A stretch of 64,000 bases of DNA, taken from NCBI GenBank assembly GCA_038204425.1, contig JBBRCZ010000003.1, forward strand, positions 64,001 through 128,000, written 5' to 3'. Under the pieces are notes generated by a model that saw only the letters and a list, made by a program, of their open reading frames with translations, made no database searches and had not been told where the DNA came from. Shown in pieces: positions 46,142 through 58,000 of this stretch. The first letter of the stretch is position 1, and every line of letters starts with the position of its first letter. The position numbers and the translations under genes were made by a program. The DNA comes from Spirochaetia bacterium (GTDB taxonomy: Bacteria; Spirochaetota; Spirochaetia; DSM-27196; Salinispiraceae).

Positions 46142-47809
46142 TTACTCTTCCGTCGACAGAACTAAGGCCAACCTAAAACCAAGATAAGGGAAGGTGCTTG
46201 AGGCGAGCATTCCGGCCGGTGCATCGATAATCACTTCATTGGCACGATTTATCCAAGAACCGCCGACAATTTGATACAGCTGGTAGTCAAATGCGGTGAT
46301 TGTTTGCTCTTGCTTGCCGTTTAGACTCAGCCCAGGCGTATAGGGGCTCAAAGTCCACTCCCAAAGACTGCCATCCATATCGTTAAGCAGACCATTTTTG
46401 TTGGTCGAAAACTCACTTTGCGTTCTTTGGGCGTCTTTGGCAAACCAAGCACTGCCCAATCTGCCACTTTGTTCGACGGCTTTGCGTGCACGCAACCATT
46501 GCTCTGCACTGGGAAGGCTGGCTTTGTAACCAAGGGCTTTGAGGCTAGGGTCCACTTGAGTTTTATTAAACCAAGCTATATACGCTTGTGCTGCATAAAA
46601 ACTAACCCCAGATACAGGTGCATTTTGATTGCTGCTTTGTTGGTTTGACTGGCCAAATCCTTGTGGCCCACTTAGTGGCAAGTCGCCTAGGTAATCGTTG
46701 GTTACAAGGTTTTCTTTTTTTAAGCTATCCGCATTTTCTGGCTTCCAAGCAGGATTATCATCAATGAATCGTTGATAGCTTTTTCGATTGAGTTCGTCCC
46801 TCATTACAAAGTATTTTTGAGTGCCACTTCCAAATTCAACAAAAGTAATACCGGAGACCACCCGTTGATTGCCGAGAGTTACTGGCTGGTAGGCTGGGCG
46901 GCTTGGATTGCCATTGCTGTCTTGATAGGCTCCAAAAAGCTTCTGTAGCTCGAGGTCAAGTAAGTTCCCGTCAGAGACCAAAATATCTTTTGCATTTTCG
47001 GCCAAGCTTCGCAGGGAATTTGCCAGAGAAAGTGGCGATGGACTTGGACTGGCAGATGCCATCAAAAAAGAAGCTCGCGCTGCATCACGAAGTTGTTGGC
47101 GCGACGTCGATGATGCTAAAGCCGCCAAGGAAAAAGATTGTGCCAGGTCTCGTGTTATTGGTGCCACTCTTGTCTCGCTCGTTTGAGGGCGTTCTTTGCT
47201 GATAGCAAACAAAACAGTGTGAGTGGCATCGTACAAGGCTGGGGGAGCTTGATAGATTTGATCATGTTGCGGGTCCAAGGCCCAAATTCCAGCCTCAGAC
47301 AATGCTTCTGAAAGAATCGCTTGTTTGGAGCTAGAAATGTCAATTGGAACAAACACTTCGTGTCTAAACCAGCCAAATAGGCTGGCAAAAATTGTCCAAG
47401 CGCTCTCAATGTTTTTTTCTGTTTTGCCGTGGTCTCCATAGATTAATGTGAGCTTGTAGCTGCCAGCTGGCACAAAAACCTCAAGCGGACTAGTGCCGTA
47501 GAACACATCATTTAAATAGATAGCGCTCTTGTTAGGCTGCGAAACTATCTTAAAGTGTGTTCCTGGGCTCACAAGACCGGGTACAACAAAGATTACGAGC
47601 AAAATTAGCACCAGCAAGCTACTATAGAGTGGCACTATGTATTCAAGCGGTTTCTTGCCAAACAGGTTTGGTAGTTTGACCGCCTGAGGTGGCTGGCTGG
47701 TCTGACTTGCCTTGTCAGTTTTTTTGACGTCATTTTGCGTCTTGGCACTGTTTTTTGGGCTGGAAATTTTCACAAGGGCATTATAGGCTCGCGCGTTTTG
47801 GCTTGTCAA
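46142..47809 (-). CDS. PEGA + FGE-sulfatase domain membrane protein
   Basis: TM, PEGA-like (SQPNKSAIYLNDVFYGTSP) and FGE-like motifs (DMDGSLWEW, GGSW, GFR). The start is uncertain. Confidence 0.8.
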   Translation of the reverse strand: MTSQNARAYNALVKISSPKNSAKTQNDVKKTDKASQTSQPPQAVKLPNLFGKKPLEYIVPLYSSLLVLILLVIFVVPGLVSPGTHFKIVSQPNKSAIYLNDVFYGTSPLEVFVPAGSYKLTLIYGDHGKTEKNIESAWTIFASLFGWFRHEVFVPIDISSSKQAILSEALSEAGIWALDPQHDQIYQAPPALYDATHTVLFAISKERPQTSETRVAPITRDLAQSFSLAALASSTSRQQLRDAARASFLMASASPSPSPLSLANSLRSLAENAKDILVSDGNLLDLELQKLFGAYQDSNGNPSRPAYQPVTLGNQRVVSGITFVEFGSGTQKYFVMRDELNRKSYQRFIDDNPAWKPENADSLKKENLVTNDYLGDLPLSGPQGFGQSNQQSSNQNAPVSGVSFYAAQAYIAWFNKTQVDPSLKALGYKASLPSAEQWLRARKAVEQSGRLGSAWFAKDAQRTQSEFSTNKNGLLNDMDGSLWEWTLSPYTPGLSLNGKQEQTITAFDYQLYQIVGGSWINRANEVIIDAPAGMLASSTFPYLGFRLALVLSTEE

Positions 47810-47855
47810 TCAAAGCTGGCACATGCTACGTTGCTAGCAGGAGAATTAACCGTCA

Positions 47856-48842
47856 ATGATTGTTGCCGAAAAACTGCTTAACTTAACTGAGCGCTACCTA
47901 ACGTACCGCAGAGTAAAAAAATACAATCATCGTCAAAAACAAGCAAAAAAACATCCGATTAGAGATTGGATTGAGGCGTTTTTGTGGGCAGTAATGATGG
48001 TTCTCTTTATTAATCAGTATTTTTTCCAAGCCTACCAGATTCCCTCTGGATCAATGATTGCTACTTTGTTGGAAGGCGACAGAATTTTTGTTAACAAGGT
48101 GATCTACGGGCCAGAGTTGCTGCCGGGCCTTGGCAAAATAGCAAGTCCTATTGTGCCAAAACGTTATGATGTTATGTGTTTTGAGAATCCAGACTACGTT
48201 ACTCGTGGCGTTGTTTTTAGCGTGGTACAGCGGCTGCTCTACATGCTTACCTTTTCGATGGTAGATATTGATAGAGGTGCCCAGAACGAGGAACGTCATT
48301 ACCTATTGATTAAACGGGTAATTGGCGTAGAAGGAGACAGAGTTCGCTACATAGACGGTGATTTTTATATCAAACCTCAAGGCGGCCAATGGCAAGACGA
48401 AGAGCAACTCAAACAGCGTACGAGTTATAAACACCAACTCAACAGATTGGTAATGCCAACCCAATTAGAAGAACAGCGACTAGGGACCAGAAACATGCTC
48501 ATTCGCCAAAGGCTGGACGAGATTCGCATGGGCTATCCACTGTCGTTTGCTAACCTTGGCTCAGAAAGCCACCCGACACGGTCCAGAACCGAGCCTTTTG
48601 GACCGGCCTATGATCTGGCGACAGAATCCTATGCAATCAATCCACAAAATCGCGTAAACCGACAAAGTTATGGTAAATACTATTCTGGTTGGTACTTAGC
48701 TGCCAATCAGATTTTGCCATTGGGTGACAACCGCGATAACTCTTTGGACGGGCGCTACTTTGGGCCGGTAAAAACCGAAAAAGTACTTGGTCAGGCCATG
48801 TTCATTTATTGGCCTATTCCACGCCTGACAGTTATCCGTTAA
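47856..48842 (+). CDS. lepB: Signal peptidase I
   Basis: IPSGSM (Ser), LIKRV (Lys) and GDNRDNSLDGR. Confidence 0.94.
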   Translation: MIVAEKLLNLTERYLTYRRVKKYNHRQKQAKKHPIRDWIEAFLWAVMMVLFINQYFFQAYQIPSGSMIATLLEGDRIFVNKVIYGPELLPGLGKIASPIVPKRYDVMCFENPDYVTRGVVFSVVQRLLYMLTFSMVDIDRGAQNEERHYLLIKRVIGVEGDRVRYIDGDFYIKPQGGQWQDEEQLKQRTSYKHQLNRLVMPTQLEEQRLGTRNMLIRQRLDEIRMGYPLSFANLGSESHPTRSRTEPFGPAYDLATESYAINPQNRVNRQSYGKYYSGWYLAANQILPLGDNRDNSLDGRYFGPVKTEKVLGQAMFIYWPIPRLTVIR

Positions 48843-48861
48843 GTCGGGAGAACGGCAAATT

Positions 48862-49608
48862 ATGATTCGTGAACTTCCCAGTTACCGACGCCAAGGTGGC
48901 ATCAAGCGCACCTTGAGAGGCTTCTTGTTTTTGCTGCTAAGTCTTTTTCTCTCGGTGATTATTGTCGAACAAGTATTTGTAAATACTCGTTTTGTAGATT
49001 CGGTGTCAATGGAACCTGCTCTCAAGAATGGCGACGCCATTGTTGTCAGCCCCTTTTTGTATGGCAAGTCAAATGTTTTTGACAACGGCACTTGGTTTGA
49101 CTTTAGTAAGCCCAAGCGTGGTGAAGTGGTAGTAGTTTTGCCACCGTATAGTCTCAAACTTGGATTTTTTGAGAAAATTTTTGACTCAGTTTTGCGCTTT
49201 GTTAGTTTGGGTAAACTTGAGTACCATCCAGACCGTAGCGATTCTCTTCCTTGGGAGACCTCAAATGTCGTACGTCGAATTATTGCTGTTGCTGGAGACG
49301 AAGTGTACTACTCTGCTGGTATTTTTTTTGTTAGACCCAAAGGTGCGGAAGGCTTTCTTGATGAGCGTCAGGTCTCCCAGAAGCAATATTTGACCATCGT
49401 CCCTCCCTCACTACGCTTAAATGATAGCAGTATTATTGCTGATAAAAGTTCTGTTTTGACCGTTCCGGAGAATAAATTCTTTGTGGCTGCTGACAACCGG
49501 TTTGGTTTTTTGGATTCGCGGCATTGGGGTCTTATTGGGCAAGGAGATTTACGTGGCCTTGTGCTGTTGCGGGTATGGCCATTTGAACGCTTTGGAGAGC
49601 TCAAGTAG
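48862..49608 (+). CDS. Signal peptidase I paralog (catalytic Lys apparently replaced by Arg)
   Basis: VDSVSMEP, VVRRIIAVAGD and ADNR...DSRHWG. Confidence 0.85.
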   Translation: MIRELPSYRRQGGIKRTLRGFLFLLLSLFLSVIIVEQVFVNTRFVDSVSMEPALKNGDAIVVSPFLYGKSNVFDNGTWFDFSKPKRGEVVVVLPPYSLKLGFFEKIFDSVLRFVSLGKLEYHPDRSDSLPWETSNVVRRIIAVAGDEVYYSAGIFFVRPKGAEGFLDERQVSQKQYLTIVPPSLRLNDSSIIADKSSVLTVPENKFFVAADNRFGFLDSRHWGLIGQGDLRGLVLLRVWPFERFGELK

Positions 49609-49736
49609 AACCACAAACTACCCAGCCTGCGCAGTCTTTCTTGACAGTAGGGGGGGAAGGCGTGCTAACTTTTTGATGTTAGCAATACTATCAATCAGAT
49701 TACCGGACAATGTGGCGTTCCGGTCAGGGAGTTTAA

Positions 49737-50480
49737 ATGTCCGGACATAGCAAATGGGCAACCATCAAGCACAAAAAAGGCGCAGCCGACGCCAAGCGCG
49801 GGCAAATTTTTACCAAACTTATCAAAGAAATTATGGTTGCTGCCCGAATGAGCGGGGGTGACATAGACATGAACCCCAGACTGCGCACCGTGGTACTCAA
49901 GGCTCGTGCCGCCAACATGCCCAAGGATAACATCGAGCGTGCTATCAAAAAGGGCACCGGCGACCTCGACGGACAAAGCTTTTCAGAACTGACCTACGAA
50001 GGCTATGGTCCTGGCGGCGTAGCAATTATTGTGGAAACCCTTACTGACAATAAGAACCGAACTGCTGCCGACGTGCGTAGTATTTTTACTAAAACCGGCG
50101 GCAACCTTGGTGCCGAAGGTTGTGTTTCCTACATGTTTAATCGCAAAGGAACGCTCAGTTACGATGCTCAAAAGTATAGCGAAGACAAAATACTAGAGCT
50201 GGCACTTGAGGCTGGTGCTGAGGACGTTGTTTCTGAAGGCGGCGGCATTGATGTAAGTTGCACACCCGAAGACTTTGAGGCTGTACTCGATGCACTCACT
50301 AAGGCTGGTTTTGAGCACGAAAATGCAGAAGTTGGTCTAGTCGCAGATACCTCGGTAAGTCTCGACAAAGAAACTGCCCGTAAGGCCATTAAGCTCATCG
50401 ACCTTTTGGAGGCCAACGACGACGTGCAAACGGTGTCGACCAACATGGATCTTCCTGACGACTTTGACATGGACGAATAA
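49737..50480 (+). CDS. yebC: YebC/PmpR family protein
   Basis: [23 protein letters not shown] and TDNKNRT. Confidence 0.97.
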   Translation: MSGHSKWATIKHKKGAADAKRGQIFTKLIKEIMVAARMSGGDIDMNPRLRTVVLKARAANMPKDNIERAIKKGTGDLDGQSFSELTYEGYGPGGVAIIVETLTDNKNRTAADVRSIFTKTGGNLGAEGCVSYMFNRKGTLSYDAQKYSEDKILELALEAGAEDVVSEGGGIDVSCTPEDFEAVLDALTKAGFEHENAEVGLVADTSVSLDKETARKAIKLIDLLEANDDVQTVSTNMDLPDDFDMDE

Positions 50481-50485
50481 CTATT

Positions 50486-50989
50486 ATGGTAAGAATTCTT
50501 GGGCTTGATCCGGGCTTGGCGGAAACCGGCTTCGGTATAATTTTGGCCCAAGGTTCTGTGCTCAGACATCTTGCTCATGGCGCTATTAGTACCGATGCCA
50601 AAATGAGTCTTGGAAGTCGATTGCATGTGTTATTCTTACGCCTTCAAGAGATATTTGCTCAATATCAAGTGGGAGAAGCATCAATCGAATCGCTTTTTTT
50701 TGCCAAGAATATCAGCTCTGCAATCCCAGTTGCCCATGCGCGAGGTGTCATGTTGCTGGCTTGTGCACATGCCGGCATTCCCGTTTGCGAGTACACCCCG
50801 CCAGAGATCAAACTCGCGGTCTGTGGTCACGGTCGGGCCGACAAAAATCAAGTTCAAGAGATGGTCAAAGTGCTGCTAAGTTTAGATTCAATTCCCAAGC
50901 CTAACCACGCCGCCGATGCCCTTGCGGCAGCGATTTGTCAGGCTCACCGCCGCGGCTTCAACAGTGCTCTGAGCAAAGGAATGGCATAA
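50486..50989 (+). CDS. ruvC: Holliday junction resolvase
   Basis: ILGLDPG, IESLFF, EYTP and HAADALAAAI. Confidence 0.96.
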   Translation: MVRILGLDPGLAETGFGIILAQGSVLRHLAHGAISTDAKMSLGSRLHVLFLRLQEIFAQYQVGEASIESLFFAKNISSAIPVAHARGVMLLACAHAGIPVCEYTPPEIKLAVCGHGRADKNQVQEMVKVLLSLDSIPKPNHAADALAAAICQAHRRGFNSALSKGMA

Positions 50990-50997
50990 TGATAACC

Positions 50998-51621
50998 ATG
51001 TATAACAGCATATCGGGTACCTTGACTGGACGCTTGATAGAAACAGCCGGCCAACAAGCCTGTGTTGAGACAGGTGGTATTGAGTGGATACTAGAAATCA
51101 GCAAAAGCAGTTTTGTTGATCTGCCGGCCGAGGGCAGTCAAGTTAGGCTCTACGTCTATTGTCATACGCGAGAAGATCAAGCCTACCTATGCGGGTTTCT
51201 CAAGCTTGAAGAACGCCATCTTTTTTTGGACCTTCTCAAGGTAGAAGGCATTGGCCCCAAGCAGGCACTTAAGATTTTATCCGGAGCGCAGGTAGATCGT
51301 TTGCTCGTTTTGCTGGAAGAAGGCAATGTAGAAGGACTGGAGCAGTTGCCAGGTCTTGGAAAAAAAACCGCCCAAAAGATGGTACTAACTCTCAAAGGCA
51401 AGCTCAAGCTAGATGATGAAAGCCCGGCCGCTAAACAACGTAGCGCAACCATCGATATCGCCAAGGACTATGAGGAGCTAGCTCAAGCCTTGGTTCAAAT
51501 GGGTTATGATCGCAAACTTGCCGTTGTTGCGCTCAACAAACTCATACCTGAGTTCAAGGATTTTCCCAAAGCTCATCAAGAGCAAGAGCTATTGCGTCGA
51601 GCTATTATAGATCTATCCTAG
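50998..51621 (+). CDS. ruvA: Holliday junction branch migration protein
   Basis: MYNSISG, VEGIGPK and [11 protein letters not shown]. Confidence 0.95.
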   Translation: MYNSISGTLTGRLIETAGQQACVETGGIEWILEISKSSFVDLPAEGSQVRLYVYCHTREDQAYLCGFLKLEERHLFLDLLKVEGIGPKQALKILSGAQVDRLLVLLEEGNVEGLEQLPGLGKKTAQKMVLTLKGKLKLDDESPAAKQRSATIDIAKDYEELAQALVQMGYDRKLAVVALNKLIPEFKDFPKAHQEQELLRRAIIDLS

Positions 51622-51628
51622 GGGCAGT

Positions 51629-52714
51629 ATGAAATCTACACAAGAACGTACAGACAATCAGGATTTTGAAGATGCTGACGCGACGCTGCTCAAAAAAGAC
51701 TTTGTTGGAGGTGATGAGCAAGAAGAAAAGATTAGACCACGTCGACTAGAAGACTTTAAGGGTCAAAACAGTCTAAAAACTAACCTGTCACTGTTTGTTC
51801 AGGCCGCTCGGCAACGTAATGAAGCCTTGGATCACGTTTTTCTCAATGGTCCACCGGGTTTAGGTAAAACCACCTTAGCCGGCATAGTGGCCCAAGAGAT
51901 GGGAGCCGAGATCAGGTTTTCGTCAGCACCAGCCCTGGATAAACCACGCGACTTGGCCGGCATTTTGACCGCAATCACTCCTCGATCAATCTTTTTTATA
52001 GATGAAATCCACCGGCTCAAACCGGTTCTCGAAGAAATGCTCTATATTGCGATGGAAGACTTCGAAATAGACTGGATTATCGGCCAAGGACCTAGTGCGC
52101 GCAGCGTCAGGATCCCGTTGCCACCCTTTACTCTTATTGGTGCCACCACCAAGGCTGGGATGGTTGCAGGGCCCTTGATTACGCGCTTTGGAATCAATCT
52201 CAGGTTTGACTTATATCAAGCGGTCGAACTGCGAGAAATCCTAGATAGGTCGGCGCAGATTATGGATTGTAAGGCCGAGGGAAGCGCCCTTGATCTACTT
52301 GCACAATCCAGCCGTGGAACCCCTCGTGTTGCCAACAGATTGTTACGGCGTATGCGTGACTTTGCCCAAGTCCTAGAAAAAGGTGTCGTCAAAGAATCGA
52401 CAGTGGTCGAGGGACTCAAAAGACTCGGCATAGACCAACTAGGTTTGGAAGAACAAGACAGGCGTCTTTTACGGGTTATTATTGAACACTATCAAGGTGG
52501 ACCGGTTGGAGCAGAAACACTTGCCATCTCGTTGGGAGAATCCGTCGACACCATAGAAGACGTCTATGAGCCCTATTTAATCCAACTTGGTATGCTAAAA
52601 CGAACCCCGCGCGGCCGAGTTGCCGCCCCAAGAGCCTATGAGCATCTTGGTCTGGGCCTGTCAGCTGCCAATGAAAGTAGACTAAAGCATGAAGACCAAG
52701 GATTTCTTTTTTGA
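51629..52714 (+). CDS. ruvB: Holliday junction branch migration helicase
   Basis: [21 protein letters not shown] and EPYL. Confidence 0.98.
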   Translation: MKSTQERTDNQDFEDADATLLKKDFVGGDEQEEKIRPRRLEDFKGQNSLKTNLSLFVQAARQRNEALDHVFLNGPPGLGKTTLAGIVAQEMGAEIRFSSAPALDKPRDLAGILTAITPRSIFFIDEIHRLKPVLEEMLYIAMEDFEIDWIIGQGPSARSVRIPLPPFTLIGATTKAGMVAGPLITRFGINLRFDLYQAVELREILDRSAQIMDCKAEGSALDLLAQSSRGTPRVANRLLRRMRDFAQVLEKGVVKESTVVEGLKRLGIDQLGLEEQDRRLLRVIIEHYQGGPVGAETLAISLGESVDTIEDVYEPYLIQLGMLKRTPRGRVAAPRAYEHLGLGLSAANESRLKHEDQGFLF

Positions 52715-53714
52715 ACTACCGCCAGAACTGATTGCCCAAGAACCGCTCAGTGAACGTGGGCAGTCTAGGCTCTTAGTGTATCGTCGCTCAGATGGCAGCA
52801 TTGAGCACAGTAAGTTTGACAACTTGCCAAACATCTTAGCCGCTGATACCTGCATGGTATTTAATAATTCACGTGTTCGCAAAGCACGCATTTTTGCGTG
52901 CAGTCAAACCGGTGCTCGATTTGAACTTGTCTTGATAAAAGCACTCGACCCTGAGCACAAGACTTGGCAGGCAATTGTAAAAAAGTCAAGCCGACTCAAA
53001 CTGGGCCAAGTACTGAGCTGTGAGGAAGGCATAAGTCTCAAAGTCGGGCCGGGTAGAGACGGTCTACACGAAGTGTATTTTGAAGCAGGCTTAGAAGAAT
53101 CTTGGCTTGAGCGCCATGGTCATGTACCTTTGCCACCTTACATTAGGCGTACTGACAACAAGCTAGATCAAGAACGCTATCAAACAGTTTTTTCTCGCCA
53201 TATCGGTTCGGCAGCAGCACCTACCGCGGCACTTCATTTTACCAAGCAAATTCTCGAAGCTATCGATCAACGCCAGATACAAAGGCTCGAGTTGACGCTC
53301 CATGTTGGCCTAGGTACTTTTTTTCCGGTAAGGGCCGACAGCATAGAAGACCACACTATGCACAAAGAGTCCTTTGAAATTCAACTCGAAGTAGCCCAGG
53401 CCTTGGACCAAGCCCGCAATGCGCGCAGACCAATTTTGGCTGTCGGCACTACTTCGGCGCGCAGCCTGGAATCCTCACTTGACGCAGAAGGCAAGATTCA
53501 GCACGGCCAAAGTGACACTTCTATCTTTATATATCCAGGTTATAAGTTTAGACTGGTCAATCAACTGCTAACCAATTTTCATACTCCAGAATCCACACTA
53601 ATAATGATGGTCTCGGCGTTAATTGGGCGAGAAGAAGTAATGCGCATTTATCAAGAGGCCATAAAAGAGCGTTACCGCTTTTTTTCATATGGCGATGCAA
53701 TGTTGGTTCTATAA
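52689..53714 (+). CDS. queA: S-adenosylmethionine:tRNA ribosyltransferase-isomerase
   Basis: [22 protein letters not shown] and RFFSYGDAM. Confidence 0.97.
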   Translation: MKTKDFFFELPPELIAQEPLSERGQSRLLVYRRSDGSIEHSKFDNLPNILAADTCMVFNNSRVRKARIFACSQTGARFELVLIKALDPEHKTWQAIVKKSSRLKLGQVLSCEEGISLKVGPGRDGLHEVYFEAGLEESWLERHGHVPLPPYIRRTDNKLDQERYQTVFSRHIGSAAAPTAALHFTKQILEAIDQRQIQRLELTLHVGLGTFFPVRADSIEDHTMHKESFEIQLEVAQALDQARNARRPILAVGTTSARSLESSLDAEGKIQHGQSDTSIFIYPGYKFRLVNQLLTNFHTPESTLIMMVSALIGREEVMRIYQEAIKERYRFFSYGDAMLVL

Positions 53715-53716
53715 CT

Positions 53717-54349
53717 TTACTGCGGTATTGGAACCATCGGGTAGGTGTTGTTGTCCATGCTTCTAAATTCCTGCCTCACCAAGGATAGCTTAACTAGGTG
53801 CTTTTCTATTATGGCTTGGTAGTTTAATTCCCCCGACAAGATGCGAAATGCCTGATCTTCCCAAAGTTGCAGTTCTTCAAGACGAATCCAGCGATGCTTT
53901 TGCGTCTTCTTGGCGTCGTTAACGGCAAGCTCCCAATAGACCAAGGCAAATTTCATTAATGATTCAGCCTTATCAAGGCTTTCTAGGTTAAGTTCTTGCC
54001 AAGGCGCATTGTAGAAATAGGCAGCCTGTTTGTTAAATCGACTCGCCCATTGCAAATATGACTCAACTAACTGCAAATTGATATGCATATCAAAAAGGCT
54101 ACGATACTTCTCCCACTCATTCTTATCTTTGATGCGCGCCATGGCGTTGAGTGGATTGGCAAAATCGGCCCTTCGCGTTTGCTCAAGCCAATGAACATTT
54201 TCCGCAATGTCTTCATTGCCCTGAAGCAACTGTTGGTGGTAGAGACGGTAAAGTTGTTCTTTGTACATTAGGCGATAGGCCCAGGACTGACTGACAAAGC
54301 CAAGCAAGAGTAGACAAAGCATTAGCAGACGAATAAAAAAAGGCTTCAC
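53717..54349 (-). CDS. Exported hypothetical protein
   Basis: Signal peptide, 210 aa, 2 nt downstream of tmk. Confidence 0.75.
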   Translation of the reverse strand: MKPFFIRLLMLCLLLLGFVSQSWAYRLMYKEQLYRLYHQQLLQGNEDIAENVHWLEQTRRADFANPLNAMARIKDKNEWEKYRSLFDMHINLQLVESYLQWASRFNKQAAYFYNAPWQELNLESLDKAESLMKFALVYWELAVNDAKKTQKHRWIRLEELQLWEDQAFRILSGELNYQAIIEKHLVKLSLVRQEFRSMDNNTYPMVPIPQ

Positions 54350-54351
54350 TC

Positions 54352-54990
54352 TTATTGTATCGGCGTGATATCCAAAAAAGTACAGATCTGTCTATGTTGG
54401 CTTTGAATGTCTTGTGAGCCATCTAGGCGCAATATGCTTACCAATGGGTAAAGCGTTTCTATTTTTTTCATAAGTTCCCGATAGCGAAGGGCTACTTTGT
54501 TAAGAAACTCGTCATTCTCATAAATTTCTGGCGCAATGTCTCGCTTTTTGCGTCGCTCGGCCGAGACTTCGATAGCAAGGTCGGCAAAAATCAAGTGCGA
54601 TGGCAGAGGAAATTTTTGGTTGAGTTGCCATACCTGCTCAGGATCGCTACTTAGACCTTGGTAGGCCAAGGACGAAGGAAAGTAGCGGTCGCTTATTACC
54701 CACTTTCCTGAATTTATGGCTTGTACCACGCCATTGTTGCCAAATATATGTTCTTGACGATCGGCAGCAAAGAGAAGCGCCATGGTCCATGCATCAACTT
54801 TAATTTTGCCCTGCAGGATCTGACGGATCAAAGTGCCAATCTCCGCTTTTTGAGGTTCACAACTTGCTATCGCTTGGTAGCCAAAAGCCTGCATCGCTTG
54901 GTGTAAGAGTGCGCTCTGTGTGCTGGTACCGGCACCGTCAATTCCTTCGATAACTACAAAGTTTTTCAGTATTTCTCTGTTACTTGCCAC
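54352..54990 (-). CDS. tmk: Thymidylate kinase
   Basis: FVVIEGIDGAGTSTQ, LLFAADR and SDRY..SSLAYQ. Confidence 0.95.
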   Translation of the reverse strand: MASNREILKNFVVIEGIDGAGTSTQSALLHQAMQAFGYQAIASCEPQKAEIGTLIRQILQGKIKVDAWTMALLFAADRQEHIFGNNGVVQAINSGKWVISDRYFPSSLAYQGLSSDPEQVWQLNQKFPLPSHLIFADLAIEVSAERRKKRDIAPEIYENDEFLNKVALRYRELMKKIETLYPLVSILRLDGSQDIQSQHRQICTFLDITPIQ

Positions 54991-55088
54991 TACCAGTCAC
55001 CTTTTTAAACGCACAGTCTTTGTGCTACATGCTATCATGCCGACCTTAACTATAGCTATATTATAACTGTAAGCAGAAAGGATTCCGT

Positions 55089-58000
55089 TTGAGAAGACCA
55101 TCCCGGATCAAAAAAGCCTTGCCTCTTATTGTTCTCGGGTTAGCTATACTTTCAGGAGCACTCTTGGTTCAGCCTTTGGAGTCTCTGTTGATCGCAAGAT
55201 TGGAACTGATCAAACAAAACTTGTTTTCGGATCTTGAAGCACGCTGGGGTCTGGTGGTCAGTTACGAAAAGCTTGATCCATCCTTGCTTTTAGGTATCAA
55301 GATAGTTGGGCTAAATCTTCGCTGGCGAGATGGTGAAGACTTTTTTTCTAGTCGTGATGTTTTTCTGGATCTCGATTTTTTTCAATTGTTACTTGGTGAC
55401 CCGCTAAAGGCCTTCAAAGCGATGGATCTTAGGGATGCGGAACTCTCAATGGACTTTGAGAATCAAAAAGAAAAACTGTTGCTACTTGGTCTAAGTCTTG
55501 ACGGAGACAAAGCCGCAGTTTCCAACAATCCTGACTGGACTGCGGAGTCAGTTTTGGATCTGCTGGCTCAAACCTTACCGACTGATGTCGACTTTAGGCT
55601 GCGAAATTTTCGCATTAAACTGCGAAGTGAACAAGGAAGCATTCGATTACAGATTGATACTGCAGCCTTAAAAAATCTCGAAGACGTGCTCAACTTGGAT
55701 TTTTCTTCTGACTATGAGGTTCGCCTAGCTGATGGCGTGTTTTTGGGTCAAAAAATAGCTGCGGATCAAGCCTTGATTAGTGCTAACCTTTGGTTAAAAG
55801 CGCAGTTTTTTAAGGATGTGAAACGCATTACTCTTGAGTTGGCAAGCAAACGTTTTCAGACACCTTGGTTTGATCTTAGACAACAAAGCTTTGCAATGAC
55901 CTTCACAGAAAAAGGCTTCAGGATTCAAAAAAAGGTCGATGAGCAGGCCTTTGACGCGTTTCTTAGCTTTGATGCACTCAAAGGTTTGGTCAACGTCTCG
56001 GTTCAGGCAAAAGAATGGCAGCCATCCAGCCTTTTGGACCTAAAACAAAAGACCGACAAAAATCTACTAGAACTGCTGAGTTCACGCTTAGATGCAGACC
56101 TAAACTTAACCTGGTCGCCAAGCAACAATGCCCTGCGTTACGATTTTAATGCCAAGGCCGCTGGAAGTCTTTTGCAATTGGGGCCTAGTACTGTCGAGCT
56201 TGTTGCCTCAGGCACTCATGAATCTAGTACGATTTCTAAGTTGGAACTAAAAAATTCGCAACTTGCGTTGTCTTACAAGGGATTGTACGCCTTTAAAGAT
56301 CACTCACTTAATGGATTACTAAAAGCAGATTATCTGGGGCTCAGTGACTTTCCTGTTCGCTTTGAAACTCAGCTACGTGGTAATCAGTATCTTGGTTATC
56401 AATTACTTCAAAACAGTCTCGATTTGGCGCAACAAAAAATAGTTTTTGATGAGACAGTTTTGATTAGCCGGGCCAATCAAGTTTTCTTGTCTGGGCGTTT
56501 ACATCCGCAAGGTGATGCCTCGCAGCAAAGCGTAGTGTTTGACCTCAAGTATAATCTAACAAATGGCAAGTTTGCCGAGTCTAGCTTTGATGTTCAGGAT
56601 TGGTTGATAGACAAGGATGATCCAAGTATACGCAAGGCATTGCGACTTGTCGGCTTAGCCGATTCTGTAATTGATGGAGAATTTGTACCAAAAACTGTCA
56701 GGGTTTCCTTGCAAGCCCGCCTCGACCAAAATAGACCAGAGCCAATTGAGATCGATAAGTTGGAACTCGTCGCCAATGGTCCCAATATCTCTTTGGTGAT
56801 ATCCGGGTCTTGGAAAGACCAAAAAATTGCACTGGACACGCTGATTGCAGAGCTAAACGGCATCAAACTTAAAGCAACTGGAAATTTAGATTTTAGAAAA
56901 AACGGCCAATTGAGTTTTGGTGGTGAGTTTAGTCTAAACGAAGCTACTAACGTACCGATTACTATCAACTATTCACCAGAAGGAACACTGGAACTCAGTT
57001 CGGAAAAGAAACTCTACGCCTTTGTAGAATTTAAATCAGGTTCTGCAAGCGGCTTTTTTCAAACCGAAACTTTTCCTCTGCAATACGGTGGAATTGCAAC
57101 TGGAATCTCCTCCAATGGTAGTTTTTCACTTGCTAGTGATGGTAATTGGAAAGTGGTAGTTAGGAGTTTAGACGCCGGCACCATTGCCTTTAACCCACTT
57201 AGACCCGACGCCCGCCTCCGCATTAAGGCCAATGACATTACCCTTGATTCTCGCGGAGGCAAGGTGGGAACACTCATCCTTCAAGACAGTTTTTCCATCC
57301 TAAGTGGACCAGTTAACCTTACTTGGCAGGGTGGGGCAGATAACGGCATGCAACTGGATGGTAATCTTGAATCAATGGGATCAGGTTTCTTAATTAATTC
57401 TCGACCCAACAAAGAAACCATCAGCATTAAAGGCAGCTTTAGCAGCGATAGTACACACTTGGCCGTTTCCGTAAAGGCTATGCCAATCCAGAGATTTTTG
57501 ATTCTTGGAATTGATGGTCTCGTGGACCTCGATGTAAATCTTGTTCAGAGCGACGGTTTGCTTTTAGTTGACGGGCTTGCCACGCTCAATAACGCAGCAT
57601 TCAATCGTAGCGAAGTGCAAGGTCAAATCCCTTTTACTTTTAGTAATCAGGTTCTTACTATCAAAGACATGTGGGTTAGCATGGATGCTGTTCGTTTTGA
57701 CATGCAGCAGTTTAGCTACGATATAGGCGGCAGCCGTTTAAGTTTTGCTGGTTTACTTGGTTCGGAAAGTGTGCGTAGTCAAGACCGAATTAACTGGCAA
57801 GGCGACTTGCAATGGAAGAGCGACGCTTTTCCGCAAGAACTAAAAGGAAGCTTACTTGCCAATAATTTACCTGACTATTTGTCTCCCAACAAGCAATGGA
57901 ATTTTGAACTGAGCACAGGAGCTGATGGTCAGAGTATTTCACTGATAGACCTTGAGTCGGGCCTAATCCGCGCTGGTATTCAGAACAACGCTGGGTTCTT

